This document shows positions 44,700 through 52,894 of a stretch of DNA of 54,835 nucleotides, piece by piece. The stretch is taken from IMG/VR virus record IMGVR_UViG_3300042503_000400, positions 1 to 54,835 of that record, one strand, 5' to 3'. The stretch comes from a virus (taxonomy: Duplodnaviria; Caudoviricetes). The position numbers were made by a program, and so were the translations under genes. Positions within the stretch are counted from its first letter, which is position 1; each line of letters begins with the position of its first letter. The notes beneath the pieces were generated by a model. The model was not told the DNA's origin. It saw nothing but the letters and a program-made list of their open reading frames with translations, and did no database searches.

Positions 44700-45689
44700 T
44701 TATGTAATGCGGCCATCTCGCTGTGCAGCGAAGATGTCGCGTTCGATCCGGTCACGCTCCTGCTCCCGACCCTTATACAGACCTTTGCGCACGTCGTCAA
44801 AGAACTTGGCGACGTCCGCCCGGGCGTAGGTCTTGGCGTCATTGGCGGCAGGAGTGCTCGCCGCTGTACGACCGCGACCCGGTGCGATCTGTTTTTCGAG
44901 TTGGGAACTGGCAACGTTCCGAGGTGATTGAGCAACAGAACCGCCATTCACTGACTGCCACGTCTTGAAGAACCCTGCGACCCGTCGTGCATCCAACTGG
45001 TTCTGCGCGTTATCGAGGTACGACTGCCGGGATACGCCGGACAGCGGGTCGATCTCAAGCAGCCAGTTGTGGAAGCCTTGCTCGGCGTTGATTTCACGCC
45101 AGTCTGGGACTTCCGCCGACAGTTCTGACCAGAACATTTGCTCAGAGTTAAGGGCCTGTCGCTGTACGACGCTCTCCACCTTGGGGACGACGTTGGTCTG
45201 CAACTGCATGACCAAGCGCTTGAGTTCCGCGACCTCCTGCTGCGATGCAGCAACTTCTTCGCGGGCGGCACGGCGCATGACTTCGATCGAGTCGCCGTAA
45301 TCCTCAACGTCCTTGTCGGTGATGAGCTTCGCCGCGGCCGCCTGTGCAGGTGCCTGCTGGGGCGCGGAAAGCGACGCGAGCAGCCGTTCGAGCTGACTGA
45401 CGCGTTGGCCCATCTGATTGTTCTCCGCCTTGAGGCGAGCCGTTTCAGCGTTGTACATTCCTTGCAGGGATCGCCAACGCTGTTCGTAGGTCAGGTCTTC
45501 GTCTGTGTTACCGGATTGCCCTTGCCCTGTAGGCACCGGTGCAGCCGCAGCATCGCCCCCACCGTCGGCTTCGGTCGGCTGCTGGACCTCACCCTCCGCC
45601 GGAGATTGTTCTCCTTCGGTCGGGTTCAAGTCTTCGTACAGCTTCGAAATAGCCTCGGACTGCTTGCGAATTTGTGCGGGAATAGCCAT
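44700..45689 (-). CDS. Scaffolding protein
   Basis: Acidic, coiled-coil; LQGMYN, PDW..I…F..W and C-terminal EI..A..DGRI motifs; between portal and MCP. Confidence 0.75.
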   Translation of the reverse strand: MAIPAQIRKQSEAISKLYEDLNPTEGEQSPAEGEVQQPTEADGGGDAAAAPVPTGQGQSGNTDEDLTYEQRWRSLQGMYNAETARLKAENNQMGQRVSQLERLLASLSAPQQAPAQAAAAKLITDKDVEDYGDSIEVMRRAAREEVAASQQEVAELKRLVMQLQTNVVPKVESVVQRQALNSEQMFWSELSAEVPDWREINAEQGFHNWLLEIDPLSGVSRQSYLDNAQNQLDARRVAGFFKTWQSVNGGSVAQSPRNVASSQLEKQIAPGRGRTAASTPAANDAKTYARADVAKFFDDVRKGLYKGREQERDRIERDIFAAQRDGRIT

Positions 45690-45720
45690 TTTTACGCTCC
45701 TCTCGGTGTGCGTGATTGGA

Positions 45721-45948
45721 TCAGCTGCCCCTACGGGGCTGTGCTGCTAAGTCAGGGGACTCACTGACGAGCTTGTAAAGCTCGCCTAAGACCTGACACC
45801 GCCCCTGTGCAAGTGTCACGCTCTGTCCCACGCTTGGCAGCCGTTCAAGCTCAGACATCCGCCACTCTCCCAGCCACTCTTGGATGACTGGGTATTGACG
45901 GACGCTGTTAGCCAGCGCGAGGATTACTTCGGGGGTGGCCTGCTTCAC
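45721..45948 (-). CDS. Conserved small protein after portal
   Basis: 75 aa with AQGR motif; GTGA overlap. Confidence 0.65.
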   Translation of the reverse strand: MKQATPEVILALANSVRQYPVIQEWLGEWRMSELERLPSVGQSVTLAQGRCQVLGELYKLVSESPDLAAQPRRGS

Positions 45949-47972
45949 TGCGGCCCCCCGTTTATGAGGTTGGTACCACCGGCCGGTGCGCCGGCGAGGT
46001 CCATGTTCTGTGTCGCGGGCTGCCCGCCCCCGGGTGCCGGCATCTGCTGCGCTGCAGCAGCGAGCCGCTCGTTCATCGCCATCTTCTCACGCGACGGGAC
46101 GATGTCGTCAACCGACATCTGTAGTCCCTTAGCGACCTCGCGCAGCAGCGCAGCGCGGCCCTGCGGCCCGATGATGTTGATGTCGAACTCGTTAGCCGTG
46201 GCGTTGAGGAACTCCACCCGGCGGACGTTGACCGTCTCCTTGACAGCGAGGTTAACCGCGCCCTTGGCAACGACCTGTGCATCGCCCTTGATCGACTCGT
46301 CCGGATCGTAGCGCATGTTGTAGACGAACTGGCGCTGCACGATGGTCTTGAGCACGTCGCTGTCGATGTGCATCACCACCTGCCGGATGCCCTTGCCCGC
46401 GGAGCCCATCAGCATGGAGAGGCCCGACGCGGTGCGCCCTGCCCCCTGCACGTTGGTGTCGCCGTAGATGTAGGCCGGGATGCCGCTGTGGTCGTCCGCC
46501 ATGCGCGAGAAGCGGTCGTAGACCCCCACCAACGTGTTGGCGTTGTCGTTGGGCTGGTTGAACCGAACTGCCGGGGCCGACGAACCCAGCGGGTCGTTCA
46601 TCACCTGCCAGATTTTCCACGGCTGCAGCTGGGTGATGTCCTCGTTGGGGGGCAGACGTTCAAGGTTAACCTCGACCTGCGGCCCGGAGGCGATCGCCAT
46701 GTTGTTGACCAGAGCCCGGGCTGCTGCGTTGCAGACGTTCTGGATGTCCTCGATGATCTCGGGGATGGCCTTGCCCCAGAAGGCACCGGGCTGCTTGATG
46801 AAGCTGGTCTTGGCGTAAGGCTTCTCGCCGAGCGGGTCGTAGTTGAGCACCGCCTTGATGATGTAGTTCCCCACGGTCCAGACGTTGGCGTCGTACTCGC
46901 GGTCGACGTCAGGCACTTCCTCCTCGGTCATGCCCCACTCGCGCAGCATCCGGCCGCTGATCTTGCCCCAGAACTCCAGCGTGTCGTAGACCTCGGTCGG
47001 ACGCAGCTCGGTGTGGAACTTGCGCTCCTCCTCCTCGCGTGAGTCCTTCTGCCACTCTTGCACCCATGACTGGGTGTTGCCCACTTCGAGCACCTTGCGG
47101 ATGGCGGCGTCGTCGTAGCCCGGCACACCGATGAGATCGGCCAGCTGGGTGCGGGTCAGTTCGTGGTACTCGAAGATGTAGCCGTCGTTGATCCGGGTGA
47201 TGCCCGGCTCGGGGTAGATGTGGAACGGGCTGACCCGCTCATACTCAGGCGCGATGCGCTCACCGGGGACGAGCTTGCTGCCCTCCCACTTTAGGTACCG
47301 CTGGCGCCGAACGATCGGCCCCTTGATGAAGGCTGCCGGGAAAGTCACGAGATCGGTGATGAACTCGTTAAACGAGTCCGACCAGCCGCCCTGAGCGAAC
47401 TGGTCTTCGATCTTGGTCCGCATCTTGTCGACGCGATTCTGCGCCGCCTGCATGATCTTGAACCGGAACTCCTGCCCGACCATCTCCTTGAGCTCGCTGA
47501 GCTCGGACTTGCTCGGAGCCTGCCCTGACGACTGGAGAATCTCCATCACGCGCTCGGCGAAGGCCAGCTGCAGCTCCTCCGCCTCTTTGGGCGACAGGTC
47601 TGGGATGGGTGTGGGCACGATGTCCCACGGTGGAGTGCCGTTGTCGAGCAGGATGTCCCGCAGCCAGCTCTCCGCAGCGCGGCACTTGACCTCGGTAATC
47701 ATCATGAAGACTTCCGAGCCACCCTGCTCTTGGATGCGCAGGAGCTTGTCGGCCTCGTACTCACCGTTGCGCTGGCGCATGGCCCTGAGCATGATATCGG
47801 TGATGGGGTCACGCGAGATGCGCGCTGCGTCCCAGCACTCCTTGAGGTGCGCTGTCAGACCCACCATGACGGGGCTGCTCTGCCGCGCTGCGAGTTCACG
47901 CTCTGCCTGTTCGCGCTCTTGGCGCACAAGCTCATCGTTACCAACGACGCGGAGAATTGTCAGACCTGCCAT
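45945..47972 (-). CDS. Portal protein
   Basis: 675 aa; VSPFHIYP, FWG…I.D.Q…NA..RA..NN and RTASGLSMLM motifs; between terminase and scaffold. Confidence 0.88.
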   Translation of the reverse strand: MAGLTILRVVGNDELVRQEREQAERELAARQSSPVMVGLTAHLKECWDAARISRDPITDIMLRAMRQRNGEYEADKLLRIQEQGGSEVFMMITEVKCRAAESWLRDILLDNGTPPWDIVPTPIPDLSPKEAEELQLAFAERVMEILQSSGQAPSKSELSELKEMVGQEFRFKIMQAAQNRVDKMRTKIEDQFAQGGWSDSFNEFITDLVTFPAAFIKGPIVRRQRYLKWEGSKLVPGERIAPEYERVSPFHIYPEPGITRINDGYIFEYHELTRTQLADLIGVPGYDDAAIRKVLEVGNTQSWVQEWQKDSREEEERKFHTELRPTEVYDTLEFWGKISGRMLREWGMTEEEVPDVDREYDANVWTVGNYIIKAVLNYDPLGEKPYAKTSFIKQPGAFWGKAIPEIIEDIQNVCNAAARALVNNMAIASGPQVEVNLERLPPNEDITQLQPWKIWQVMNDPLGSSAPAVRFNQPNDNANTLVGVYDRFSRMADDHSGIPAYIYGDTNVQGAGRTASGLSMLMGSAGKGIRQVVMHIDSDVLKTIVQRQFVYNMRYDPDESIKGDAQVVAKGAVNLAVKETVNVRRVEFLNATANEFDINIIGPQGRAALLREVAKGLQMSVDDIVPSREKMAMNERLAAAAQQMPAPGGGQPATQNMDLAGAPAGGTNLINGGPQ

Positions 47973-47986
47973 GGTGCGGAGCTACC

Positions 47987-48196
47987 TCAGTACATCGGGT
48001 TCTTCTTGGGGCGCGGGCTGGACTTCATGCCAGCCTTGGCCTTAGACTTAGCGTCCATGCGCCCGGCCTCGGCATCCTGCCGCTCACGTGCTGCAGCGCC
48101 ACCCATGGCACGAGTCATGGTCGCATTTGCGCGTCCCGTCTCTGCATCCATAGGGCGCGGGGACTTCTTCGGTGCCAGTGATTTCTTCTTGTCCAT
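47987..48196 (-). CDS. Small basic protein
   Basis: MDKKKSLAPKKSPRP…SSPRPKKNPMY; GGGAGG RBS. Confidence 0.65.
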   Translation of the reverse strand: MDKKKSLAPKKSPRPMDAETGRANATMTRAMGGAAARERQDAEAGRMDAKSKAKAGMKSSPRPKKNPMY

Positions 48197-48222
48197 GACG
48201 GACCTCCCTTGCAAGTTGACAG

Positions 48223-48251
48223 AATATAACCCGGCCGCGCGCATCTAGCAA
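48223..48251 (-). promoter_or_regulatory. Sigma70-like promoter for the portal/capsid operon
   Basis: TTGCTA-17 nt-TATATT on the minus strand. Confidence 0.55.
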
Positions 48252-48255
48252 GAGA

Positions 48256-48284
48256 AACCCCTCCGGGGGTGGGCCGGAGGGGTT
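48256..48284 (-). terminator. Terminator after terL
   Basis: AACCCCTCCGG-7 nt-CCGGAGGGGTT, 11-bp stem, followed by TCTCTT on the minus strand. Confidence 0.65.
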
Positions 48285-48337
48285 AGGTCGAGCAGGCAGC
48301 GGACGAGGGAGGAGAATCCGCCGGTACACTTTATGTA

Positions 48338-49738
48338 TCACGCCCACCCTTTGGCGTCAACTCGCTTCACCTCTCGCCGCGTGTGCATCATCGCGCCACT
48401 GTCGAGACTGCCGATGTGCATCATGAGGTAGCTGATGGCGTCGCCGATGTGGCTGTGCTTGCCGGCGTCGCCCGACTTCTCCAGCCCGTCGCCGTTCTTC
48501 TTGAACCGGTAGCCGCCCATCAGGGCTGCCTTAAGCCGGATGCAGCTGGGGTCCATGAGGAACCCCGGGTCACCGTCGACTTGGCGCATGAGGTAGTCGT
48601 CGACCGCGGCGATGCGCGGGGTGATGTTGTTGGTCCGGGCGGGCATGACCCTGAACCCCTCGGCCTTGATGATGTCGACCGCGGAGCGCTCGTCGGTCTG
48701 GGCTCGCTGCGTGCCTGCTGGGTCAACCACGATGATGATGGGCGCCCCGGCGAACTTCTCGTAGAGCAGGGGCTTGAGCACCGTGCGCATGAACCTCTGG
48801 ATGCCCATGTCGTAACTGACGGCTTCTGCGAGCACCAGCGCCCGGCCTCGTGGGTCCTGCTGTCCGATGACAGCCGCGGGCGTGAGCCCGAGGTCCATCC
48901 CCACGATAATCGGTCTCGTGCCATTGGTGATGGCTTTGAGCGGCATCTTGGCCATGTGATAGTCCGGCCGGAAGTATTTGAACACCGGCGTGCCGGCGAG
49001 CGACAGCCCGTACTCCCCGTCGATGAAAACCCTGACGTACTCCTCCGAACGACCTTGGGTGTCGTAGTACCCTTCCGGCAGGTTCTCGATGTTCTCGGCG
49101 TAGGGGCTGCGCCCCGACGGCTGCTTGAACACATCCCACCCGTTGTTGTTGGGGCTGACCCCATCCTTCGGGTCGATCTTCTCCATCTGGTAGAACCACC
49201 ACGTGTCCATGGTCGGCGGGTTGGTGTCCGCCCACATCCCGTGCCACGTCGCCCCGCCATCCTTGGCCGAGGGGAATCGCCCCACCCGCTTAGACATAGC
49301 GTCCACAATGTCAGGGTGGATGTCGCGGCACTCGTTGAACCACGCAAAGGTCAGTTCGAGGGAGTTAAGGTTAGCCACGTCGTCCGCGTCGTCCAGCGCG
49401 CGGAACATGATCTCGCACTCCACGTCGCCCACCTTGAAGAAGTAGGTCTTGGTGGTGCGCATGAAGTGGCCACAGACCCCCGGGGGGAACCAGTCGAGGA
49501 AGGTTTTGATCGTGGTATCGGAGAGTTGGCGGACAGTTTCGCGGACCACAGCGCAGCGGGTCTTGCGGATGCCATTGGCGTTGGGTTTCTGCTGGCTGGC
49601 ACGCCGGATAATCTCAAAGCAGCAGGCCACGGACTTGCCGGAGCCGACAGGACCCATGATGACCCGCATCTTCCTGTCCGATTGCATGAACCGGGTGACC
49701 GTGGGGGTGGGTGTGTAGGAGATGTCGAGGGCCATCAA
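48338..49738 (-). CDS. terL: Terminase large subunit
   Basis: GPVGSGKS Walker A, FAWFNE Walker B, ADTNPP coupling motif, GMDLGLTPA RNase H motif and SHIGDA C-terminus. Confidence 0.93.
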   Translation of the reverse strand: MMALDISYTPTPTVTRFMQSDRKMRVIMGPVGSGKSVACCFEIIRRASQQKPNANGIRKTRCAVVRETVRQLSDTTIKTFLDWFPPGVCGHFMRTTKTYFFKVGDVECEIMFRALDDADDVANLNSLELTFAWFNECRDIHPDIVDAMSKRVGRFPSAKDGGATWHGMWADTNPPTMDTWWFYQMEKIDPKDGVSPNNNGWDVFKQPSGRSPYAENIENLPEGYYDTQGRSEEYVRVFIDGEYGLSLAGTPVFKYFRPDYHMAKMPLKAITNGTRPIIVGMDLGLTPAAVIGQQDPRGRALVLAEAVSYDMGIQRFMRTVLKPLLYEKFAGAPIIIVVDPAGTQRAQTDERSAVDIIKAEGFRVMPARTNNITPRIAAVDDYLMRQVDGDPGFLMDPSCIRLKAALMGGYRFKKNGDGLEKSGDAGKHSHIGDAISYLMMHIGSLDSGAMMHTRREVKRVDAKGWA

Positions 49739-49977
49739 TCGTCCTCTTGCATTTCGGGCGGCAAGTACTGCCCGCTCAACAGATTGTGCTTGAACTTTTC
49801 AATCAGCCACAGGACGTCACCGCCGTCTTTGAGTCCGAGAGTCGCCCGAGCCTCCATGTTGCCGTCCTTGTTCCACCCAATAAGCAGAACCTCGTCGAAG
49901 ACCTCCAGCGCCTGCTCCAACACGTTGTCGGCGCTCTTGGCAGCGTCTTTCGGATAGAATTTCTTGATCTCAGCCAT
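49735..49977 (-). CDS. Hypothetical protein
   Basis: VLLIGWNKDG…WLIEKFK; ATGA overlap with terL. Confidence 0.65.
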   Translation of the reverse strand: MAEIKKFYPKDAAKSADNVLEQALEVFDEVLLIGWNKDGNMEARATLGLKDGGDVLWLIEKFKHNLLSGQYLPPEMQEDD

Positions 49978-50119
49978 AGACAAACACCCTGTAAATAGGT
50001 TTTCCGGGCTTCGGACGGGCGGCGCGGGCGGTCCGGTAGGACTTTTGTTCGGCTTTTAGGGTGGCGATGAAGGCTTGCGCTGCAAACAGGCTGTGAAACG
50101 AGTGAACCTCAGTCTTCAT
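49970..50119 (-). CDS. 49-aa hypothetical protein (not in ORF track)
   Basis: MKTEVHSFHSLFAAQAFIATLKAEQKSYRTARAARPKPGKPIYRVFVYG*; GGAG RBS; fills the gap with short overlaps. Confidence 0.5.
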   Translation of the reverse strand: MKTEVHSFHSLFAAQAFIATLKAEQKSYRTARAARPKPGKPIYRVFVYG

Positions 50120-50585
50120 CAGCGTACTCCGCGTCATCCACGGGGATGGCGGGCGGTTTCGCCGTCACATCCAGCGTCTGTCCGCCCAAATTGATGCTGA
50201 TCGTGACGCCACCAGCGGCATTTGCGTTCTCATTGGCAGGGGTGGTGTCCAGCCCAGCCCACTTGACCGTGCTTTTGATGAGGTCGGCCTTCACCGCGGG
50301 GCTTACAATGGGGTCGTGGATGAGAATCCAGCTGGTCTTGAGCAGTTCCTCGGCCTGTGCACGCGCCTTGACCCTGAATGTGAGGCCCTTGGTACGCACT
50401 TCCTCCCTGCAAGCCTCCACCTTCTTGAGGAAAGTGGCGTCGTTCTTGAAGGTGAGGAGGTCTGATGCCTCGAACTCGTGCCGATCCAGCAGTTCGTCGA
50501 GCTTTTCCCCGCTCCCCTCCATCAGAAGGGCGAGGTCAAAGGCGAACCGGTCGGTCCATTTGGTGTGAACAGGGCTCATGTACAT
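50109..50585 (-). CDS. terS: Probable terminase small subunit
   Basis: Helical protein ending in GGVTISINLG plus an acidic tail; first gene of the packaging operon. Confidence 0.65.
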   Translation of the reverse strand: MYMSPVHTKWTDRFAFDLALLMEGSGEKLDELLDRHEFEASDLLTFKNDATFLKKVEACREEVRTKGLTFRVKARAQAEELLKTSWILIHDPIVSPAVKADLIKSTVKWAGLDTTPANENANAAGGVTISINLGGQTLDVTAKPPAIPVDDAEYADED

Positions 50586-50591
50586 GGGGGG

Positions 50592-50621
50592 ATGGTAACT
50601 CTTGGAGGCGGGGGCGGTCAA
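50592..50621 (-). promoter_or_regulatory. Promoter for the terS operon (likely leaderless)
   Basis: TTGACC-18 nt-TACCAT, then 6 nt to the ATG at 50585; no SD sequence. Confidence 0.5.
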
Positions 50622-50844
50622 TAGTGTAAAGATTTGGTTTTTTGGGCCGGGAAAATTTTTTATAAAGTGATAGTAGGGGGGTGTATAGTTGTAAAGTTTG
50701 GTAATTTTGGGTTGTGTTGTAAGGGGTCTACTACAATAGCGGGGGGCTGAAAAAATCCAATCCAACCCCCCACCCCCCTGCCTGCCTGCTATCGCGCGGC
50801 GCGCGTGCTATAGGGCAGGGAAAACGCCCTATGCGACGCCTAAT

Positions 50845-50873
50845 TTGACCCGGACGTCGTGACATGCCATAAA
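50845..50873 (+). promoter_or_regulatory. Early sigma70-like promoter
   Basis: TTGACC-17 nt-CATAAA. Confidence 0.55.
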
Positions 50874-50908
50874 GATTTCACCGAACGGCAAACCACCGCC
50901 GAACGGTA

Positions 50909-50934
50909 GCGGGAAACCGCGCCGCTCTTTGACA
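50909..50934 (+). promoter_or_regulatory. boxB-like GNRA hairpin plus boxA antitermination site
   Basis: GCGG-GAAA-CCGC followed by CGCTCTTTGACA (compare boxA consensus YGCTCTTTAACA). Confidence 0.6.
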
Positions 50935-51014
50935 CTGTTAACCTGACCCTAGACACATAGTGTCGATGATGGGTGGCACAAGTTTCAACCTTATGCCATA
51001 TGAAAGGAAACACC

Positions 51015-51413
51015 ATGGCCAAGATGTTCGACATTGAACCGGTAGTTCTGTCCCTCAAGCTGACCGTCACCAAAGCGACGGAAAACGGTCTCTTGGGCGG
51101 CGTCACCGACGTCGAAGTGGTAAGCGCCAACGGGGAAGCGGATACCCGCTTCTACGGCTTTGCCAGCAACTGGGGCAGCCTTGTGATGAACTACAAGTCA
51201 GAAGGCCGTCCGGCAAAGCCTGCCAAGGCTGACAAGCCCGCGCCGAAGGCGCTGACTGCGACGCAGAAGGCAATGATCCCGGCCAACGGGACCAAGGCTA
51301 AGGGTAAGGCCAAGGCCGAACCTGCAGCACCTGCAGCACCTGCCACGATTGCGGGCTTTACCCCCGAGCAGCTTGCGAAACTGCAGGCGCTCAAGGATGC
51401 AGGCATCCTCTAA
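51015..51413 (+). CDS. Hypothetical early protein with Ala/Lys/Pro-rich tail
   Basis: AAAGGA RBS; 132 aa. Confidence 0.7.
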   Translation: MAKMFDIEPVVLSLKLTVTKATENGLLGGVTDVEVVSANGEADTRFYGFASNWGSLVMNYKSEGRPAKPAKADKPAPKALTATQKAMIPANGTKAKGKAKAEPAAPAAPATIAGFTPEQLAKLQALKDAGIL

Positions 51414-51418
51414 GAACA

Positions 51419-51442
51419 GGGCGGACCCACAAGGGTCCGCCC
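51419..51442 (+). terminator. GC hairpin after the first early gene
   Basis: GGGCGGACCC-ACAA-GGGTCCGCCC, perfect 10-bp stem; no U-tract. Confidence 0.5.
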
Positions 51443-51467
51443 AACCTCTCTCACAAGGAAGATAGAA

Positions 51468-51632
51468 ATGCGGAAATACGACGATGTTCAGCGCGCATCC
51501 ATCCAGCGCTCCGAGGCATACCTGCGCAAGAAGGCGATGTCCAAGCCCGTAAGCTATGTCGGCGAGTTTATCGCAGGCATACTGTTCATGGCCTTGATGG
51601 CCCTGCTCGCAGTGATCCTACTGTCGCTCTGA
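51468..51632 (+). CDS. 54-aa protein with C-terminal TM helix (not in ORF track)
   Basis: MRKYDDVQRASIQRSEAYLRKKAMSKPVSYVGEFIAGILFMALMALLAVILLSL*; AAGGA RBS. Confidence 0.65.
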   Translation: MRKYDDVQRASIQRSEAYLRKKAMSKPVSYVGEFIAGILFMALMALLAVILLSL

Positions 51633-51637
51633 CCCTG

Positions 51638-51669
51638 ACCCGCCCGGCTCACCACCGGGCGGGTTTTTT
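51638..51669 (+). terminator. Rho-independent terminator
   Basis: ACCCGCCCGG-7 nt-CCGGGCGGGT followed by TTTTT. Confidence 0.85.
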
Positions 51670-51678
51670 GTTGCCCGC

Positions 51679-52234
51679 TTTACACCTTTACACCGCCCGC
51701 ATAGGAGGCAGTTGCGTGCTGCGCGTCGTTAAGTTTTGCTCGTTTCACTCGCCATACGTCGGGGGCCTGTAGCTCTGACACGTAGACATGCTGCCCTTTA
51801 CACACTGTCAGGCCAAACAGTCGGGGGGCTGTAACGTATTGATATTAAACAACTATCTATTTTCGCTTTACACTACCTTTACACAAAATGTGTAAAATTT
51901 AGATGGTTTACATGTTTACACCACGATGGATAGTCCAATGAAACCAAGGGGTTAGCGGATGTAAACCAGTGTGTAGTAGTAGTAAAGTATCTCTACTATC
52001 TATAATATATAGGTTTTTTTTGAAGATACGTGACGGAAATCGTCAATCAACTCGGTTGAGTGTAAACCTTTACAATACAACCGTCCCAGTTGCACAATTT
52101 TAGCGCCGGATATTCTGAAAAATCGTAGATAGTTTAGATACCTACCCACAACCCATTGATTTTCCATACGTTTTACTATCTATCGTGTAAAGATACTTCG
52201 CCTACCCAAACCTCAATTCTTAGATACTTTACAC
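51679..52234. repeat. AT-rich non-coding array of TTTACAC and TAGATA motifs with IHF sites (candidate origin)
   Basis: 10 exact TTTACAC/GTGTAAA copies, 6 TAGATA/TATCTA copies and 2 perfect IHF consensus matches. Confidence 0.7.
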
Positions 52235-52370
52235 TCTATTTCCCCCCTACCCCCCAGATTTGACGCCATCTGGCCCGATCGGCTAGGAAGATGGGGCTGG
52301 CCGAGGTCCACCCAAACCACCTCCGGTCCGGCAAACTTAACAATCTTAACACACACTGGAGACTACCATC

Positions 52371-52643
52371 ATGGCTAACTGGGCCAAACTTGCCGACCTC
52401 TCCGCTGACCTTTACAAGAAAACCCTTACAGTCCGGCCCTTGTGCCGCCCTTACATCAGTCAGGCTGATGCCATCTATGACTACACCGTCGGCCATGAAC
52501 TGGTCGTCGTGGACCAATCGTCCCCCCTTAACAACTGCCGGATCACTGTCTGTGACCGTCATGAGTTGAAGCGGCACTACGACCTGACCCATCTCAACAT
52601 CCAGTTCAACCCCGGCATGGCTCCGGTTGAAGTCACCCTCTGA
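52371..52643 (+). CDS. Hypothetical protein
   Basis: GGAG RBS; 90 aa. Confidence 0.65.
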   Translation: MANWAKLADLSADLYKKTLTVRPLCRPYISQADAIYDYTVGHELVVVDQSSPLNNCRITVCDRHELKRHYDLTHLNIQFNPGMAPVEVTL

Positions 52644-52655
52644 GGAGTAGGTATT

Positions 52656-52826
52656 ATGGATGCTAACACGGTTCGAATGACTGCCGCGGTGCTTAGCTAC
52701 CTCGGTCTTGACGAGTTCTACAAGCAGGTCGATGCCCATATCGAGGCATACCCCGGTATCTCCTACAAGGATGCCCTTACAGAAGTGGTCCAAATCCATG
52801 TGGATCACATGGGCCACCGGCTCTAA
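52656..52826 (+). CDS. 56-aa hypothetical protein (not in ORF track)
   Basis: MDANTVRMTAAVLSYLGLDEFYKQVDAHIEAYPG…HRL*; GAGGAG RBS. Confidence 0.6.
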   Translation: MDANTVRMTAAVLSYLGLDEFYKQVDAHIEAYPGISYKDALTEVVQIHVDHMGHRL

Positions 52827-52831
52827 CAACC

Positions 52832-52861
52832 AGCCCGTCCGGCTCTGTCGGATGGGCTTTC
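52832..52861 (+). terminator. Hairpin / weak terminator
   Basis: AGCCCGTCCGG-CTCTG-TCGGATGGGCT (two G-U pairs) with a short T run. Confidence 0.45.
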
Positions 52862-52894
52862 CCGTTCCTCAACCCTCTAAGGAAGGTCACTAAC

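Noticed and set aside
41832-49957. Long + strand ORFs (for example 41832-43241 and 48383-49957) and other antisense ORFs
   Set aside because: Shadow frames of GC-rich, codon-biased genes on the opposite strand; no RBS or recognisable motifs.
50586-50765. N-terminal extension of terS given in the ORF track
   Set aside because: Low-complexity AT-rich sequence containing promoter elements; ATG 50585 (or 50579) is more plausible.
52337-52350. CtrA box (TTAA-N7-TTAAC)
   Set aside because: Spacing is N5, not N7.
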